DNA of 64,000 bases from Candidatus Latescibacterota bacterium (lineage in GTDB: Bacteria; Latescibacterota; UBA2968; UBA8231). The stretch spans positions 2,688,001 to 2,752,000 of the forward strand of contig OZ220089.1 in assembly GCA_964291625.2 (NCBI GenBank). The letters are read 5' to 3'. Of this stretch, positions 1 to 10,513 are shown one piece after another. Every line of letters starts with the position of its first letter. Within the stretch, counting starts at the first letter, position 1. Position numbers and translations under genes: made by a program. The notes under the pieces were generated by a model. It did not search any database and had not been told where the DNA came from. It saw nothing but the letters and a program-made list of their open reading frames with translations.

Positions 1-1015
1 CACCCCGGAGGAGCTGGGGCCGACGGCGGTCGTGCCCGGAAGCCACTTCTACGCGACCAGGGAAGGCGTGGACTCCTTCCCCGAGCTGCCCCTGTGCGGC
101 CCGGCCGGGACCGTGGCGATCGTCCACTACGACCTCTTCCACCGGGCCAGCCCGAACCGCACCGACCGCAACCGCTACATGATGAAGTTCCTCTTCGCGC
201 GCACGGCGGAGCCGCGGTCCCCGAGCTGGCGCAGCGGCGGACCCGGCTGGCCGGGTGACGGCGGCCCCGACCGCAGGATGTACGAGCACGTCTGGGACTG
301 GCACCACGGCCGGACCGCCAACGGCGCGGCGGAAGACGGGCGGGCCGGGGCCGCGGACTCCACGGAGCGGGTGGTCGAGCTGCTGGCGGGGATGGAGGAC
401 GGCGGCGAGGGCGCCCGGCTGCGCGCCGCTTATGCCCTGAGCGGGTCCGGCCCGGCCGCGGCCCCGGGGCTGGCGCGGCTGCTGCACGCTGATTCCCAGG
501 AGCTGAGGCGCAACGCCTGCCACGCCCTGAGCGCCATCGGCGAGGCGGCCGTGGGCCCCCTGATCGACGCGCTGCAGGGCGGCGGCGCCGAGCACGAGCG
601 CGCCGAGGCGGCCGAGACCCTGGGGGACATCGGTCTGGCGGCGGGTCCGGCGATTCCGGCCCTGACGGCGCGGTTGCGGGACGAGTCGGAGCAGGTCCGG
701 GCCCAGGCCGCCGAGGCCCTCGGGACGATCGCCCAGACCGGCTCCGCGGCCACCCCGGCGCTGGCCGGGGCCCTCGGCGACGAGAGCGTCCCCGTGCGCC
801 GCAACGCCGCCTTCGCCCTGGTGCGGCTGGGGCCCACCGGGGAGGCGGCGGTTCCGGCCCTGGGGGACGTGCTCCACGACGAGGACAGGTACGTCCGCGG
901 CGATGCCGCCCAGGCCCTGCTGAGGATCGGCACCCCGCGGGCCCTGGAGACGGTGCTGCCCTTCCTCGAGACCTCGAGGTGGTGCCCCCTGACGACGAAG
1001 GAGAGCACCTACTAG
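1..1015 (+). CDS. PhyH-family dioxygenase fused to HEAT (PBS-lyase-like) repeats, 5'-partial
   Basis: N-part has PhyH C-terminal motifs (VPGSH, GPAGTV..H..LFHR, NRTDRNR); C-part has repeated VR..AA.ALG.IG HEAT units; frame is open to the window edge. Confidence 0.8.
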   Translation, partial: TPEELGPTAVVPGSHFYATREGVDSFPELPLCGPAGTVAIVHYDLFHRASPNRTDRNRYMMKFLFARTAEPRSPSWRSGGPGWPGDGGPDRRMYEHVWDWHHGRTANGAAEDGRAGAADSTERVVELLAGMEDGGEGARLRAAYALSGSGPAAAPGLARLLHADSQELRRNACHALSAIGEAAVGPLIDALQGGGAEHERAEAAETLGDIGLAAGPAIPALTARLRDESEQVRAQAAEALGTIAQTGSAATPALAGALGDESVPVRRNAAFALVRLGPTGEAAVPALGDVLHDEDRYVRGDAAQALLRIGTPRALETVLPFLETSRWCPLTTKESTY

Positions 1016-1073
1016 GCCGCTCCCGCGCCCGGACTGCGGCCCCGGTGACGACCCCATCCATGGAGGTTTCCCC

Positions 1074-2555
1074 ATGCCCGTCCCTCGGCTCCTGCTCTGC
1101 GCCCTCGTGCCGGCCGCCGCCTTGACCGCCCCGGCGGAGGCCGGCGACCGGCCGGCCGACTTCGGCAAGCGCTGGGTGCGCTCCCATCCGTTCACGATCA
1201 CGGCCCTGACCCAGCGCCCGCAGGCGGTGCAGGACGACCGCTACGTGGAGGTCGGCTGCAACACCATGCTGGCGTGGAAGCGCTGGGAAGGGCTGGCCCC
1301 GGCGGCTCAGCGCATGGGCATCCCCTACCACTGCCACCTCAGCAAGGGGCTGCTCGGGGGCGCGCTGATGCGCCAGGAGCGCCACCGCTACGAGCAGATG
1401 GACCCCGCGGAGAAGGCCGCGGCCATGGAGGCCAGCCGCCCCGATCCCATGGGCGACGAGCTGCGGGCGCGCATCGAAGAGCTGGTGGACACCTGGCCGG
1501 GGGCCGAGGGGTTCATCGTCTGGGACGAGCCCAAGCGGCCGTCCATGAAGACGGCGGGGAAGGTCGTCTCCTGGCTCAAGGAGAGATTCCCCGAGGCCCT
1601 CGTCTACTCCAACGCCTACCCGTACGGCGCCCAGACCGGCAAGTACTTCGGCGGCCGCTGGGAGGGACCCGGCACCTACCAGGTACCGTCGGTCCCCTAC
1701 GACTACCCCCAGTACCTGCGCGACCTCGTGCAGATCATCGGCTCCGACCTGGTGATGGTCGACGTCTACCCCTACAAGCTGCCGCCCGAGGGCATCGAGG
1801 CCGAGTACCTCCACAATACCTACTTCCAGTGCCTCGCCGATACCCGGCAGGTCGGCCTGGAGCTGGACGTGCCCTACTGGATCTTCGTGCAGGCCTACGG
1901 CAAGGAGCGCTACAGGCGCATGCCGAGCGAGTCGGACCTGAGGATGCAGCTCTTCGCGGCCCTGACCTTCGGCTTCACGGGGATCTCGTACTTCACCTAC
2001 GACCACGTCTTCGACGGGGCCCTGCTGCGGGGCGAGGAGACCCACGAGACCACGGATCTGTACCGGCATGCGGCCCGTGCCAGCGTGGAGGTGGCCAACC
2101 TCGGCCGGACCCTGCGCTTCCTCACCAGCACCGACATGCGCTTCGTGGCGGGCCACAGCACGGCTGACAGCAACACCGACTTCAACCTGACGCCCCACGG
2201 GCTGACGGCCCACGATCCCCGCAAGCCGGTCGGTCCGATTCAGCAGATCGCCCTCTCCGTGGCCGGCCCCGGGCAGGACGTCCTGGTCGGCCTCTTCCGG
2301 GACGACGACGGCGGCGCCTACCTCATGGTGACCAACCTCTACCGGGCCGCGGGCGTCGGCGCCGGCGACTCCCACCAGGAGGTGACCCTGACCTTCGATC
2401 CCTCCATCGAACGGCTGCACCGGCTCGACCGGGAGACCGGCGCCGTGGAGGCAGTCGCCCTGGAGGACCAGCGGGTGACCATCACCCTGCCCGCCGGCAC
2501 GGGCGACCTGTTCAGCCTCGACGACGCGGCTTTCCCCGGCCTCGGGGACGGCTGA
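1074..2555 (+). CDS. Secreted hypothetical protein, possible glycoside-hydrolase-like TIM barrel
   Basis: Signal-peptide-like N-terminus; WDEP motif, VDVYPY, G..GISYFTY; genome-typical codon usage. Confidence 0.6.
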   Translation: MPVPRLLLCALVPAAALTAPAEAGDRPADFGKRWVRSHPFTITALTQRPQAVQDDRYVEVGCNTMLAWKRWEGLAPAAQRMGIPYHCHLSKGLLGGALMRQERHRYEQMDPAEKAAAMEASRPDPMGDELRARIEELVDTWPGAEGFIVWDEPKRPSMKTAGKVVSWLKERFPEALVYSNAYPYGAQTGKYFGGRWEGPGTYQVPSVPYDYPQYLRDLVQIIGSDLVMVDVYPYKLPPEGIEAEYLHNTYFQCLADTRQVGLELDVPYWIFVQAYGKERYRRMPSESDLRMQLFAALTFGFTGISYFTYDHVFDGALLRGEETHETTDLYRHAARASVEVANLGRTLRFLTSTDMRFVAGHSTADSNTDFNLTPHGLTAHDPRKPVGPIQQIALSVAGPGQDVLVGLFRDDDGGAYLMVTNLYRAAGVGAGDSHQEVTLTFDPSIERLHRLDRETGAVEAVALEDQRVTITLPAGTGDLFSLDDAAFPGLGDG

Positions 2556-2566
2556 CTCCCCCGCGC

Positions 2567-3790
2567 ATGAGGAAGCTCCGGGACGGCCTGAGCGAACGGA
2601 GCCTCGCCTTCGAGCCGGGCTTCAAGGCTCACGGCGAGGTCGTGTGCCGCACCTTCCAGCCGTCGTACGTCGCCATGGGCGACGGAACCCTGCTCGCCTT
2701 CTGCCAGGGCCGGCTGCGCGAAGGCCGCGACGATGATCCGAAGGTCGTCCTGACGAGCCGTAGCGGCGACGAGGGCGCCACGTGGTCGCCGGCGAAGCCC
2801 GTCTCGGGCCGGCTCACCCACTACGCCATGTCGGCGTACCTCTCCGAGCGGGATGGGCGGGAGCGCGTCTCGGTCCTGACCATGGTCGACATGCGGGGTA
2901 CGGAGAAGCTCTACGGCTGCGACCACGGCGCGATGCGGGGGGAGACCGGCATCGACATCGCCGCCGTGGGCCGCCGTACCCCGATGGTGCTCTGCCGTTT
3001 CGACTCGGACGACGGCGGAGAGAGCTGGACGATGGAGACGTTGCTCGGAGAGCGGTCGCCCCTGAACCGGCGGTATGCGGACGGCACGCTGATCATGTTC
3101 AACCCCGTGGGCCAGGTCCACGTGATTCCCGAGGGCCCCTATCGCGGCCGCTACATCCTCGGCGGCCCGGTCACCGTCGTGCCGGAAGGAGAAGCCGTCA
3201 GCGATTACTTCCGCGACCATCCCCAGTCCGGCTCCGCCGTCCTCTGCAGCGACGATCAGGGCGAGACCTGGCGCGCCGACGGCTTCATCACGGACTACTT
3301 GGCCAACGAGGCTTCCGCCGTCTCGGTCCGACAGGGCGAGGAGCTGCTGATCGTGCGCCGGCTGAATCCGCCGGACAGGTTGGCGGAGCGATCCCTCTCC
3401 GGCGAGGTGAGCCCCGGCCCGATGCAGCGCATCGCCCATACCTCCGCCGACTGCGGCCGGACCTGGTCGCCGCCCTTCCTCGTCGACATCAGCGGCGTCC
3501 TCTGCCACGGAACGCTGGCCCGGTGCGGCCGGCGCCTGGTGTTCTCCATTCCCAACGGCTCGGGCCTTTCCGGGGCCGGACGCTCCCATGTCTCCGAGCG
3601 CCGGCGCGGCGCCATCTATTGCAGCGACGACGAGGGCCGCACCTGGCGCCACAAGGTCATCGACCCGGAGAGCTTCTCGTACAGCACCGTGGGCCCTCTG
3701 AACGAGTCGCGGTACATCACCCTATACGCACGCGGCTCCATGGGGCAGGAAGGGGTCGGATGCCGCGTCTTCGAGGACGAGTGGCTATGA
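2567..3790 (+). CDS. Sialidase-like BNR/Asp-box beta-propeller protein
   Basis: Five Asp-boxes: SGDEGATW, SDDGGESW, SDDQGETW, SADCGRTW, SDDEGRTW. Confidence 0.85.
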   Translation: MRKLRDGLSERSLAFEPGFKAHGEVVCRTFQPSYVAMGDGTLLAFCQGRLREGRDDDPKVVLTSRSGDEGATWSPAKPVSGRLTHYAMSAYLSERDGRERVSVLTMVDMRGTEKLYGCDHGAMRGETGIDIAAVGRRTPMVLCRFDSDDGGESWTMETLLGERSPLNRRYADGTLIMFNPVGQVHVIPEGPYRGRYILGGPVTVVPEGEAVSDYFRDHPQSGSAVLCSDDQGETWRADGFITDYLANEASAVSVRQGEELLIVRRLNPPDRLAERSLSGEVSPGPMQRIAHTSADCGRTWSPPFLVDISGVLCHGTLARCGRRLVFSIPNGSGLSGAGRSHVSERRRGAIYCSDDEGRTWRHKVIDPESFSYSTVGPLNESRYITLYARGSMGQEGVGCRVFEDEWL

Positions 3791-4902
3791 AGATCACCGA
3801 CGTGACCATCGACTGCTATGCCTGGCCGAAGCCGAAGCCGATCAGCAACGGCAAGTACACCTACAGGACGGTGGTGCTCAACCTCGTGCACGTGCACACC
3901 GACGAAGGCCTGTCGGGGATCGGCTGGGGCGGGGGCACCGCGGCCACCCGGCCCGGAGCCGTGGGCGAGGCCCTGGTGGCCCACTTCAAGGAGGCCCTGA
4001 TCGGCGAGGACCCCTTCGCCTACCGCCGCATCTGGGCGAACATGTGGCTGCCCAAGATCGTCGGGCGCCGCGGCATGTCGACCCACATCATCAGCGCCAT
4101 CGACATCGCCCTGTGGGACCTGATGGGCAAGGCCCTCGGCAAGCCGGTGCACAAGCTGCTCGGCGGCTTCACCGACCGCATCCCCGCCTACGTCGCCGGG
4201 GGCTACTACGAGGAGGGGAAGGGGCTGAAGGAGCTGGCCAAGGAGATGGAGGAGAGCCTCGATCTCGGCGCCAGGGCGGTGAAGATGAAGGTCGGGGCCG
4301 TGCCCATCGACGAGGACGTCGAGCGGGTGCGGGTGGTGCGCGAGGCGGTCGGCCCCGGCATCAAGCTCCTCGTCGACGCCAACAACGCCTACGCCGCGTA
4401 CGAGGCGATCGAGCTGGCCCGCAAGATCGAGCCCTTCGACGTCTTCTGGTTCGAGGAGCCCGTGGCCCCCGACGACTACCGCGGCCACGCCCAGGTGGCG
4501 AGGGCGACGACGATCCCCATCGCCACCGGCGAGAACGAGTACACCCGCTACGGCTTCCGCGACCTCATCGAGCACGAGTCGGCGGCGATCTTCAACGCCG
4601 ACGCCCAGATCCTCGGGGGCGTCACCGAGTTCATGAACGTGGCCGCCCTGGCGGCGGCCCAGGACCTGCGCATCGCCCCCCACGGCGCCCAGGAGATCCA
4701 CATCCACCTCGTGGCGGCGATCGCCAACGGCCTGATCCTCGAGTTCTACCGCGAGACCGTCGACCCCCTGCGGGGCCGCATCTTCAAGGAACCCCTGAAG
4801 CTCGACTCCGAGGGCTGCGTGGCCGTGCCCGACCGCCCCGGCCTGGGGATGGAGCCGGACTACGAGCTGCTGAACCAATACCGGGAGAGCCGCCATGGCT
4901 GA
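3787..4902 (+). CDS. Mandelate racemase/muconate lactonizing enzyme family protein
   Basis: ATG overlaps the upstream stop; SAIDIALWD, KMK, VDAN, EEP, TGEN, PGLG. Confidence 0.92.
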   Translation: MKITDVTIDCYAWPKPKPISNGKYTYRTVVLNLVHVHTDEGLSGIGWGGGTAATRPGAVGEALVAHFKEALIGEDPFAYRRIWANMWLPKIVGRRGMSTHIISAIDIALWDLMGKALGKPVHKLLGGFTDRIPAYVAGGYYEEGKGLKELAKEMEESLDLGARAVKMKVGAVPIDEDVERVRVVREAVGPGIKLLVDANNAYAAYEAIELARKIEPFDVFWFEEPVAPDDYRGHAQVARATTIPIATGENEYTRYGFRDLIEHESAAIFNADAQILGGVTEFMNVAALAAAQDLRIAPHGAQEIHIHLVAAIANGLILEFYRETVDPLRGRIFKEPLKLDSEGCVAVPDRPGLGMEPDYELLNQYRESRHG

Positions 4903-5722
4903 GAGCGCCATCCGCGCCGGCGAGCCGTTCACCGCCGAGGAGACCGAACGCCTCGTTTCGCGGTTCCAGCGCGAAGGCTACTGCGAGCTGGGACCGGTCC
5001 TGGAGGAGGAGGAGGTCGAGGCCCTCCACGACGACATGCAGCGCAAGTGGGACGATCCCGCCATGCACGAGCCGGAGCGGGACCAGATCCGCGGTCGCAG
5101 CCTCATGCGCATGTTCGAGTACTCCACGGCCTTCCGCGACCTCATCGTCCGCGAGCCCTTCGCCAGCCTCGCCGAGGCGATCCTCGGACCGGACTGCCAC
5201 TGCATGTCCCAGAACGCCCTCTACACCCCTCCCGATCCAGAAGCCGTCACCGACGGCCCCGGCGGCTGGCACCTCGACGACCTCATCCACTTCCCGCTGC
5301 CGCCGGAGATCCCCCGCCACTCCCCCGACGTGCCGCTGCCCTGCTTCGTCATGCAGATCTTCACGCCGCTGACGGACGTGGAGGAGCTGCGGCACGGCCC
5401 CACCCAGATCGTCCCCGGCAGCCACTACGCCGGCCGCCGGCCCGAGGTGCAGGACCAGCCCTCCTTCGACGGCAACGGCCCCCACTCCTTCCTCGCCCGG
5501 CGGACCCACGCCTACATGTTCAACAACCAGGTCTGGCACCGCGGCGCCCCCAACACCTCGGACCGCACCCGCCTCATGGCCGGCGTCACCTACAGCAAGC
5601 GCTTCGTCTCCCAGAAGTTCTACCCCTTCATCGACTACCGCATGCCGGACCACGTCTGGGAGGGCGCGTCGCCGCGGCTGCAGCGCATGCTCGGACGCCA
5701 CGCCAGGGGCGCGTACGGCTGA
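4895..5722 (+). CDS. PhyH-family dioxygenase
   Basis: WHLD, VPGSH, VWHRGAPN..R. Confidence 0.9.
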   Translation: MAESAIRAGEPFTAEETERLVSRFQREGYCELGPVLEEEEVEALHDDMQRKWDDPAMHEPERDQIRGRSLMRMFEYSTAFRDLIVREPFASLAEAILGPDCHCMSQNALYTPPDPEAVTDGPGGWHLDDLIHFPLPPEIPRHSPDVPLPCFVMQIFTPLTDVEELRHGPTQIVPGSHYAGRRPEVQDQPSFDGNGPHSFLARRTHAYMFNNQVWHRGAPNTSDRTRLMAGVTYSKRFVSQKFYPFIDYRMPDHVWEGASPRLQRMLGRHARGAYG

Positions 5723-6579
5723 TGGAGGTCGCCCGACTCGGCGCCACCGACCTCGAGATCAGCCGCCACGGATTCGGGGCGGCGCGCATCGGCGCCGTTC
5801 CCCTCGACCGGAGCGAGAGCCTGCTGCGCAGCCTCCCCGATCTGGGCATCACCTTCATCGACACCGCCGACTGCTACGCCCGCAGCGAGGAGATCATCGG
5901 CCGCTGTCTCGCCGACCGCATGGGCGAGTTCGTCATCGCCACCAAGTGCGGCTGCATCACCGGCGGCGAGCAGGGAGAGGCGTACTCCCGCCCCGTCATC
6001 GAGAGAAGCATCAACCGGTCGCTGCAGCGGCTGGGTGTGGAGCGTCTCGATCTCGTTTTCCTGCACACCTGCTCGGCGGAGATCCTGCGCGCCGGCGAGG
6101 CGGCCGAGGCCCTGCTGCGGGCCCGCGACGCCGGCAAGGTGCGCTGCACCGGCTACAGCGGCGACGGCGAAGACGCCATGGAGGCGATCTCCATGGGGGT
6201 TTTCGACGCCCTCCAGGTGACCTTCAACATCCTCAGCCAGGAGGCCCTGGACGAGGTGCTGCCCGCCGCCGAGGCCGCGGGCATGGGGGTGGTCGCCAAG
6301 CGGCCGATCGCCAATGCCAGGCTGCTGCCCGAGGACTCGCCGCAGTACCACGGTGGTCCCTGGTGGGACCCCGTGCGTCCCCTGCTGACCGCCGAAGGGG
6401 CCTGGGACGACCCGCTGGAGTGCGCTCTGCGCTTCACCCTGTCCCATCCGGTGATCACCTCCGCCATCGTCGGCACCACCGATCCCGCCCACGCCCGGGA
6501 GAACGCCCGGCGGGCCGGGGCGGGACCGCTGTCGCCGCGGCTGCTGGAGGCTCTCCACCAGCTGCGCCCGGAGGACTGA
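5722..6579 (+). CDS. Aldo/keto reductase
   Basis: FIDTADCY, IATK, SLQRL...LDLVFLH. Confidence 0.9.
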   Translation: MEVARLGATDLEISRHGFGAARIGAVPLDRSESLLRSLPDLGITFIDTADCYARSEEIIGRCLADRMGEFVIATKCGCITGGEQGEAYSRPVIERSINRSLQRLGVERLDLVFLHTCSAEILRAGEAAEALLRARDAGKVRCTGYSGDGEDAMEAISMGVFDALQVTFNILSQEALDEVLPAAEAAGMGVVAKRPIANARLLPEDSPQYHGGPWWDPVRPLLTAEGAWDDPLECALRFTLSHPVITSAIVGTTDPAHARENARRAGAGPLSPRLLEALHQLRPED

Positions 6580-6584
6580 CCCCG

Positions 6585-8171
6585 ATGCCGGCTCCCCCCG
6601 ACTACCGGATCATCTACAACTGGGACGGCGCGCCTCACGGGTACTCCCCGGCGCCGCAGTCGATGGAGGACTTCCTCGAGAAGGTCTACGCGCCCCTCGA
6701 GGAGACCCAGGTGGGCGCCCTGTTCTGGAGCGTCGGCGGCCAGGGCTCGCGCTGGCCCAGCGACGTGGTGGAGTTCATCGGCCAGGCGCGGGAGCGCCCC
6801 TATCCGAGCGCCGGAGCATACAACGCCACCGAGAACATCCTGCGCATGTACGACCGCGGCGAGGACCCCCAGGAGGCCATGATCGAGCGCGGCCGCGAGC
6901 TGGGTCTCCACGTCTACGCCTCCGTGCGCATGAACGACAACCACTTCGGCGGCGCCCAGGTCGCCGACCTGGAGGCGCTGCGCAAGGCCCACCGCGTCGA
7001 GGCCCTGCGGCACGAGCACCCGGAGTGGGTGCTGGGCGAGCAAACCTCGGAGTGGTTCGCCCTCTCCTGGAACATGGCCGTCCCCGAGATCCGGGAGCGC
7101 CGCTTCCGCCACGTCGAGGAGGTCTCCCGGCGCTACGACTGGGACGGCGTCGAGCTGGACTGGCAGCGTCACGCCTTCCACTTCCCCGACGGCCACGGGT
7201 ACCGCCTGCGCTACCTGCTCACCGATCTGCAGCGCGCCGTCCGCCGCATGACCGAGGCCCTGGGGCGGGAGCGGGGCCGCCCCGTCTTTCTGGCGGCGCG
7301 GGTTGCCGGGTCGCTGGAGATGTGCCGCCGCATCGGCTACGACGTGCCTACGTGGATCGAGGAGGGACTCGTCGACGTGCTCATCCCGGCGGGAAACGCG
7401 GTCACCGACGCCAGCATCGACGCGACGGAATTCGTGGAGTTGTGCGAGGGAACGGACGTCGCCGTCTATCCCGGCTTCGACAGCAACCTTCCCGATCCCT
7501 TCGTCGGCCCCGAAGAGCCGGACGAGAAGGACCGCCTGCGGACCCGCGCCATCGCCAGCCGCTATCACCGCGCCGGGGCCACGGGGATCTACGTCTTCAA
7601 CTGGCACGCCAACCGCGACTCGAAGCGGCCGCTGCTGACGACGATCGGATCCCCGGAGAGCCTGGCCGCCACCGACAAGATCTACGCCGCCGCCCATCGC
7701 TTCATACAGCGGCAGGGGGACTGGCGCGGCGCCTACCGGATCGACCGGATCTACGGCCAGGTGCCGGTCGACCTCGTGCGGACGCTGACCGGAGAGGGAC
7801 CCACCATCACCCTGGAGATCGCCGAGGACTTCGAGGCCCACCCACCGGCCTCGCTGCAGTTGCGGCTGCGCGTGAAGGAGTGGACGGACAGGGATGCGCT
7901 GCAGGTGTGGTGGGACGGGGACGAGCTCGACGCGCCGCGGATCGACTACTGCCGGCTCGAGAGTCCCTCGCCTCCCGGCGGAGCTTTTCAGCCGCTGCCG
8001 CGCTGGCGGGAGCTGGCCGACGGGAGCACTGCCGTGTGGCTCCGCTGGGACTTCAGCGGGAGGGAAGTGTCGGCGGGGGAGCACACGGTCCGCGTCGCCG
8101 TGGAGGAACGCAATCCGCAGGTCGCGTCGGCCCTGATCCTTACCGATGTCGAGCTGGAGGTGCGATTTTGA
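6585..8171 (+). CDS. GHL10/family-10-like glycoside hydrolase-like protein
   Basis: IYNWDG, SVRMND, YDWDGVELDW, GIYVFN; paralog of 17841-19460. Confidence 0.6.
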   Translation: MPAPPDYRIIYNWDGAPHGYSPAPQSMEDFLEKVYAPLEETQVGALFWSVGGQGSRWPSDVVEFIGQARERPYPSAGAYNATENILRMYDRGEDPQEAMIERGRELGLHVYASVRMNDNHFGGAQVADLEALRKAHRVEALRHEHPEWVLGEQTSEWFALSWNMAVPEIRERRFRHVEEVSRRYDWDGVELDWQRHAFHFPDGHGYRLRYLLTDLQRAVRRMTEALGRERGRPVFLAARVAGSLEMCRRIGYDVPTWIEEGLVDVLIPAGNAVTDASIDATEFVELCEGTDVAVYPGFDSNLPDPFVGPEEPDEKDRLRTRAIASRYHRAGATGIYVFNWHANRDSKRPLLTTIGSPESLAATDKIYAAAHRFIQRQGDWRGAYRIDRIYGQVPVDLVRTLTGEGPTITLEIAEDFEAHPPASLQLRLRVKEWTDRDALQVWWDGDELDAPRIDYCRLESPSPPGGAFQPLPRWRELADGSTAVWLRWDFSGREVSAGEHTVRVAVEERNPQVASALILTDVELEVRF

Positions 8172-9421
8172 AGGTCACGGAGATCGACATCCACCGGGTG
8201 ACCCTGCCCTACGACGAGGCCAGGGCCTACGAGCTCCTCCACTACCACGACCTGACGCAGCGCACCATCTACGTGGCCCGCACCGACAGCGGCCTCACCG
8301 GCCTGGGCGAGTCGGAGGGGGTCGAGAGGCAGGAGGTGCTCGACCGCTACATCGGCTCGAACCCCTTCGACTGGCTGGGCGACGAGACCTCCCTCGGCCT
8401 GGGGACGGCGATGTACGACCTGATGGGCCAGGCCGCCAGCGTTCCCGTGTACAAGCTCTTCGGCCAGAAGTACCGCTCCTGGGTGCCGGTGGCGGCGTGG
8501 ACGGTGAGCACCCACCCCGACCGCATGGCCGCGGCCGTGTCGGCCTACGCGAGGCAGGGGCACACGTGGATGAAGTTCCACCTCTCGCCCTTCGAGAACG
8601 TGATCGATCAGACCGAGGCGATGCAGGAGGTGGCGCCCAGGGGGTTCAAGCTCCACTACGACTTCACCATGCACGGCACCGAGGACCACATGCCGGCTCT
8701 GCTGGAGAGGCTGTCGGAGTATGAGATCGCCGGCTGCTTCGAGGACCCTCTGCCCGGCGAGGACATCGACGGCTACATCGAGCTGCGCCAGCGCTCGCGC
8801 CTGCCCATCGTGCTCCACCACTTCCCCACGGGGGCCACCTACGAGGTCCTGCGCAGACCCGCGGACGCGTACATGCTGGGCCACTCCAAGATCGGGGACG
8901 CGGTGCGCAGGGCCGGCCTCTTCGCCGCCGGCGACAGTCCCTTCATGCTGCAGAACACGGGCAGCGACATCACCCGCGCCATGAACGCCCACATGATGGC
9001 GGCCTTCCCCTCGGCCAACTTCCACTTCGTCAACGCCACCACCGAAGTCTCGAGCGAACGCTTCGTCACCGAACCCCTGAACCCGGTCAACGGCTTCATC
9101 CGCGTGCCCGAGCAGCCGGGCCTCGGAGTCGAGCTGGACATGGACGAGGTGAGGCGCCTCGAGCGGATCGAGCCGATGGCGAAGCCGAGGTTCATCATCG
9201 TGTGCAGGTACGACAACGGGACCACCCTCTACGCCCGCCCGGACCCGGAGAACCCCCACTTCATGGTCCGGCCCGACTGGAGCCGGGAGTTGATGCCCAT
9301 GAGCTTCGCGGCGCCGCTGAAGACCCGGTACTGGGATGACGACGGCTCGGCGGAGTTCAGCGCCATGATGGCGCGTCTCGAGCGGGAGGGGGCGGTGCTG
9401 GAGGGCGGCGGCGGGAGCTGA
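8168..9421 (+). CDS. Enolase-superfamily (MR/MLE-like) protein with C-terminal extension
   Basis: TTG start overlapping the upstream stop; AMYDL.G....PVYKLFG, FEDP, PGLGVELD. Confidence 0.85.
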   Translation: MKVTEIDIHRVTLPYDEARAYELLHYHDLTQRTIYVARTDSGLTGLGESEGVERQEVLDRYIGSNPFDWLGDETSLGLGTAMYDLMGQAASVPVYKLFGQKYRSWVPVAAWTVSTHPDRMAAAVSAYARQGHTWMKFHLSPFENVIDQTEAMQEVAPRGFKLHYDFTMHGTEDHMPALLERLSEYEIAGCFEDPLPGEDIDGYIELRQRSRLPIVLHHFPTGATYEVLRRPADAYMLGHSKIGDAVRRAGLFAAGDSPFMLQNTGSDITRAMNAHMMAAFPSANFHFVNATTEVSSERFVTEPLNPVNGFIRVPEQPGLGVELDMDEVRRLERIEPMAKPRFIIVCRYDNGTTLYARPDPENPHFMVRPDWSRELMPMSFAAPLKTRYWDDDGSAEFSAMMARLEREGAVLEGGGGS

Positions 9422-9652
9422 CGGCGGGGCCGCCAGCCACCGGCGCCGGAGAGGGCCGGCGCGGTCAACGAGGGGGTGAGGTTCCCCGCCTGGGTTGCGT
9501 TCAGGCAGCCAGGCCGCGGCAGCCGGCGCCGGGAGGAGCCGGTGCTGGAGGGCGGCGGCGGGAGCTGACGGCCCGGCAGCCAGCCACCGGCGCCGGGAGA
9601 GGGTTGGCGCGGCCCACAGTGGGGTGAGGATCCCGCCGGGTTGCGTTCAGGC
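9394..9652. repeat. Imperfect direct duplication (~113 bp x2) of the junction between convergent genes; contains a GC-rich hairpin
   Basis: 9394-9506 vs 9541-9652, both ggtgctggagggcggcggcgggagctgacggc...gggttgcgttcaggc. Confidence 0.85.
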
Positions 9653-10513
9653 GGGCAGTATCAGGTCGCGCTCCGGGCGGGGCGGATTCCCCCAGTGGTT
9701 GACCGAGTCCACGCCGCTGATGACGACGCCTTCCTCGGCCCAGCCGAATCCGGGCAGGGCCCGCACCTCCATGGCGCAGTAGCGCAGGGTCAGACCGCAG
9801 CGCCGGCGGTCCGAGCGATTGCTTTCCGAGCCGTGCAGCAGCAGGTCGGAGTGCATCGAGATCTCCCCCGCCTTCAGCTCCACGTCCACGCACTCGCCGT
9901 ACTTCTCCACATCCAGGGCGGCCTGGTTGAAGAGGGTGTTCTCCTCCTCCCCGCTCTGGCGGTAGGGCAGATGCCCGTGCCGATGGGAGCCGGCGACGAA
10001 CCGCATGCACGAGTTCTCCCTGTCGGCATCGTCGATGGCCAGCCAGATGGTGACCGTCTTCGATGGCGTCAGCGGCCAGAAACTGGCGTCCTGGTGCCAG
10101 GAGATGCTCACCGGATCGTGGGGCATCTTGCAGAAGAAATGGGAGGCCAGGCCGACGATCTCGCGGCCCAGTATGTCCTGGGCGCAGGCGACCAGGCGCG
10201 GGTGGCGCATCAGATCGTGCACCCGGCCGCACTTCAGATGGGCCGATGAGATGGAGTAGCTGGTGCCGCCCGCGGCCATGGTATCCGCCAGCAGACGGTC
10301 GAAGTAGTGCCGGTGTTCGGCGATCTCGCCGTCGTCGAAGATCCGCAGGCCCTTGACGTAGCCGTCCCTGTTGAAGGCGGCGATCTGCTCGTGGGTGAGG
10401 GCCGAGGGATTCCGGGTGGTGCTGGGATGAAACCGCAGGTCCCTGTCCATGGCCCGCAGCTGATCGGGGCTCGGCCCCGTCTTGAAGGTCTGCACGGGTC
10501 GACTCACGCTCAC
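9647..10513 (-). CDS. PhyH-family dioxygenase
   Basis: WHQD, VAGSH, LLHGS..N..RR. Confidence 0.92.
   Translation of the reverse strand: MSVSRPVQTFKTGPSPDQLRAMDRDLRFHPSTTRNPSALTHEQIAAFNRDGYVKGLRIFDDGEIAEHRHYFDRLLADTMAAGGTSYSISSAHLKCGRVHDLMRHPRLVACAQDILGREIVGLASHFFCKMPHDPVSISWHQDASFWPLTPSKTVTIWLAIDDADRENSCMRFVAGSHRHGHLPYRQSGEEENTLFNQAALDVEKYGECVDVELKAGEISMHSDLLLHGSESNRSDRRRCGLTLRYCAMEVRALPGFGWAEEGVVISGVDSVNHWGNPPRPERDLILPA

Noticed and set aside
2782-9421. Long N-terminal extensions on ORF-track calls 2782, 5047, 5946 and 7025
   Set aside because: Extensions overlap upstream genes; true starts coincide with or closely follow upstream stops (3787, 5722, 6585, 8168)
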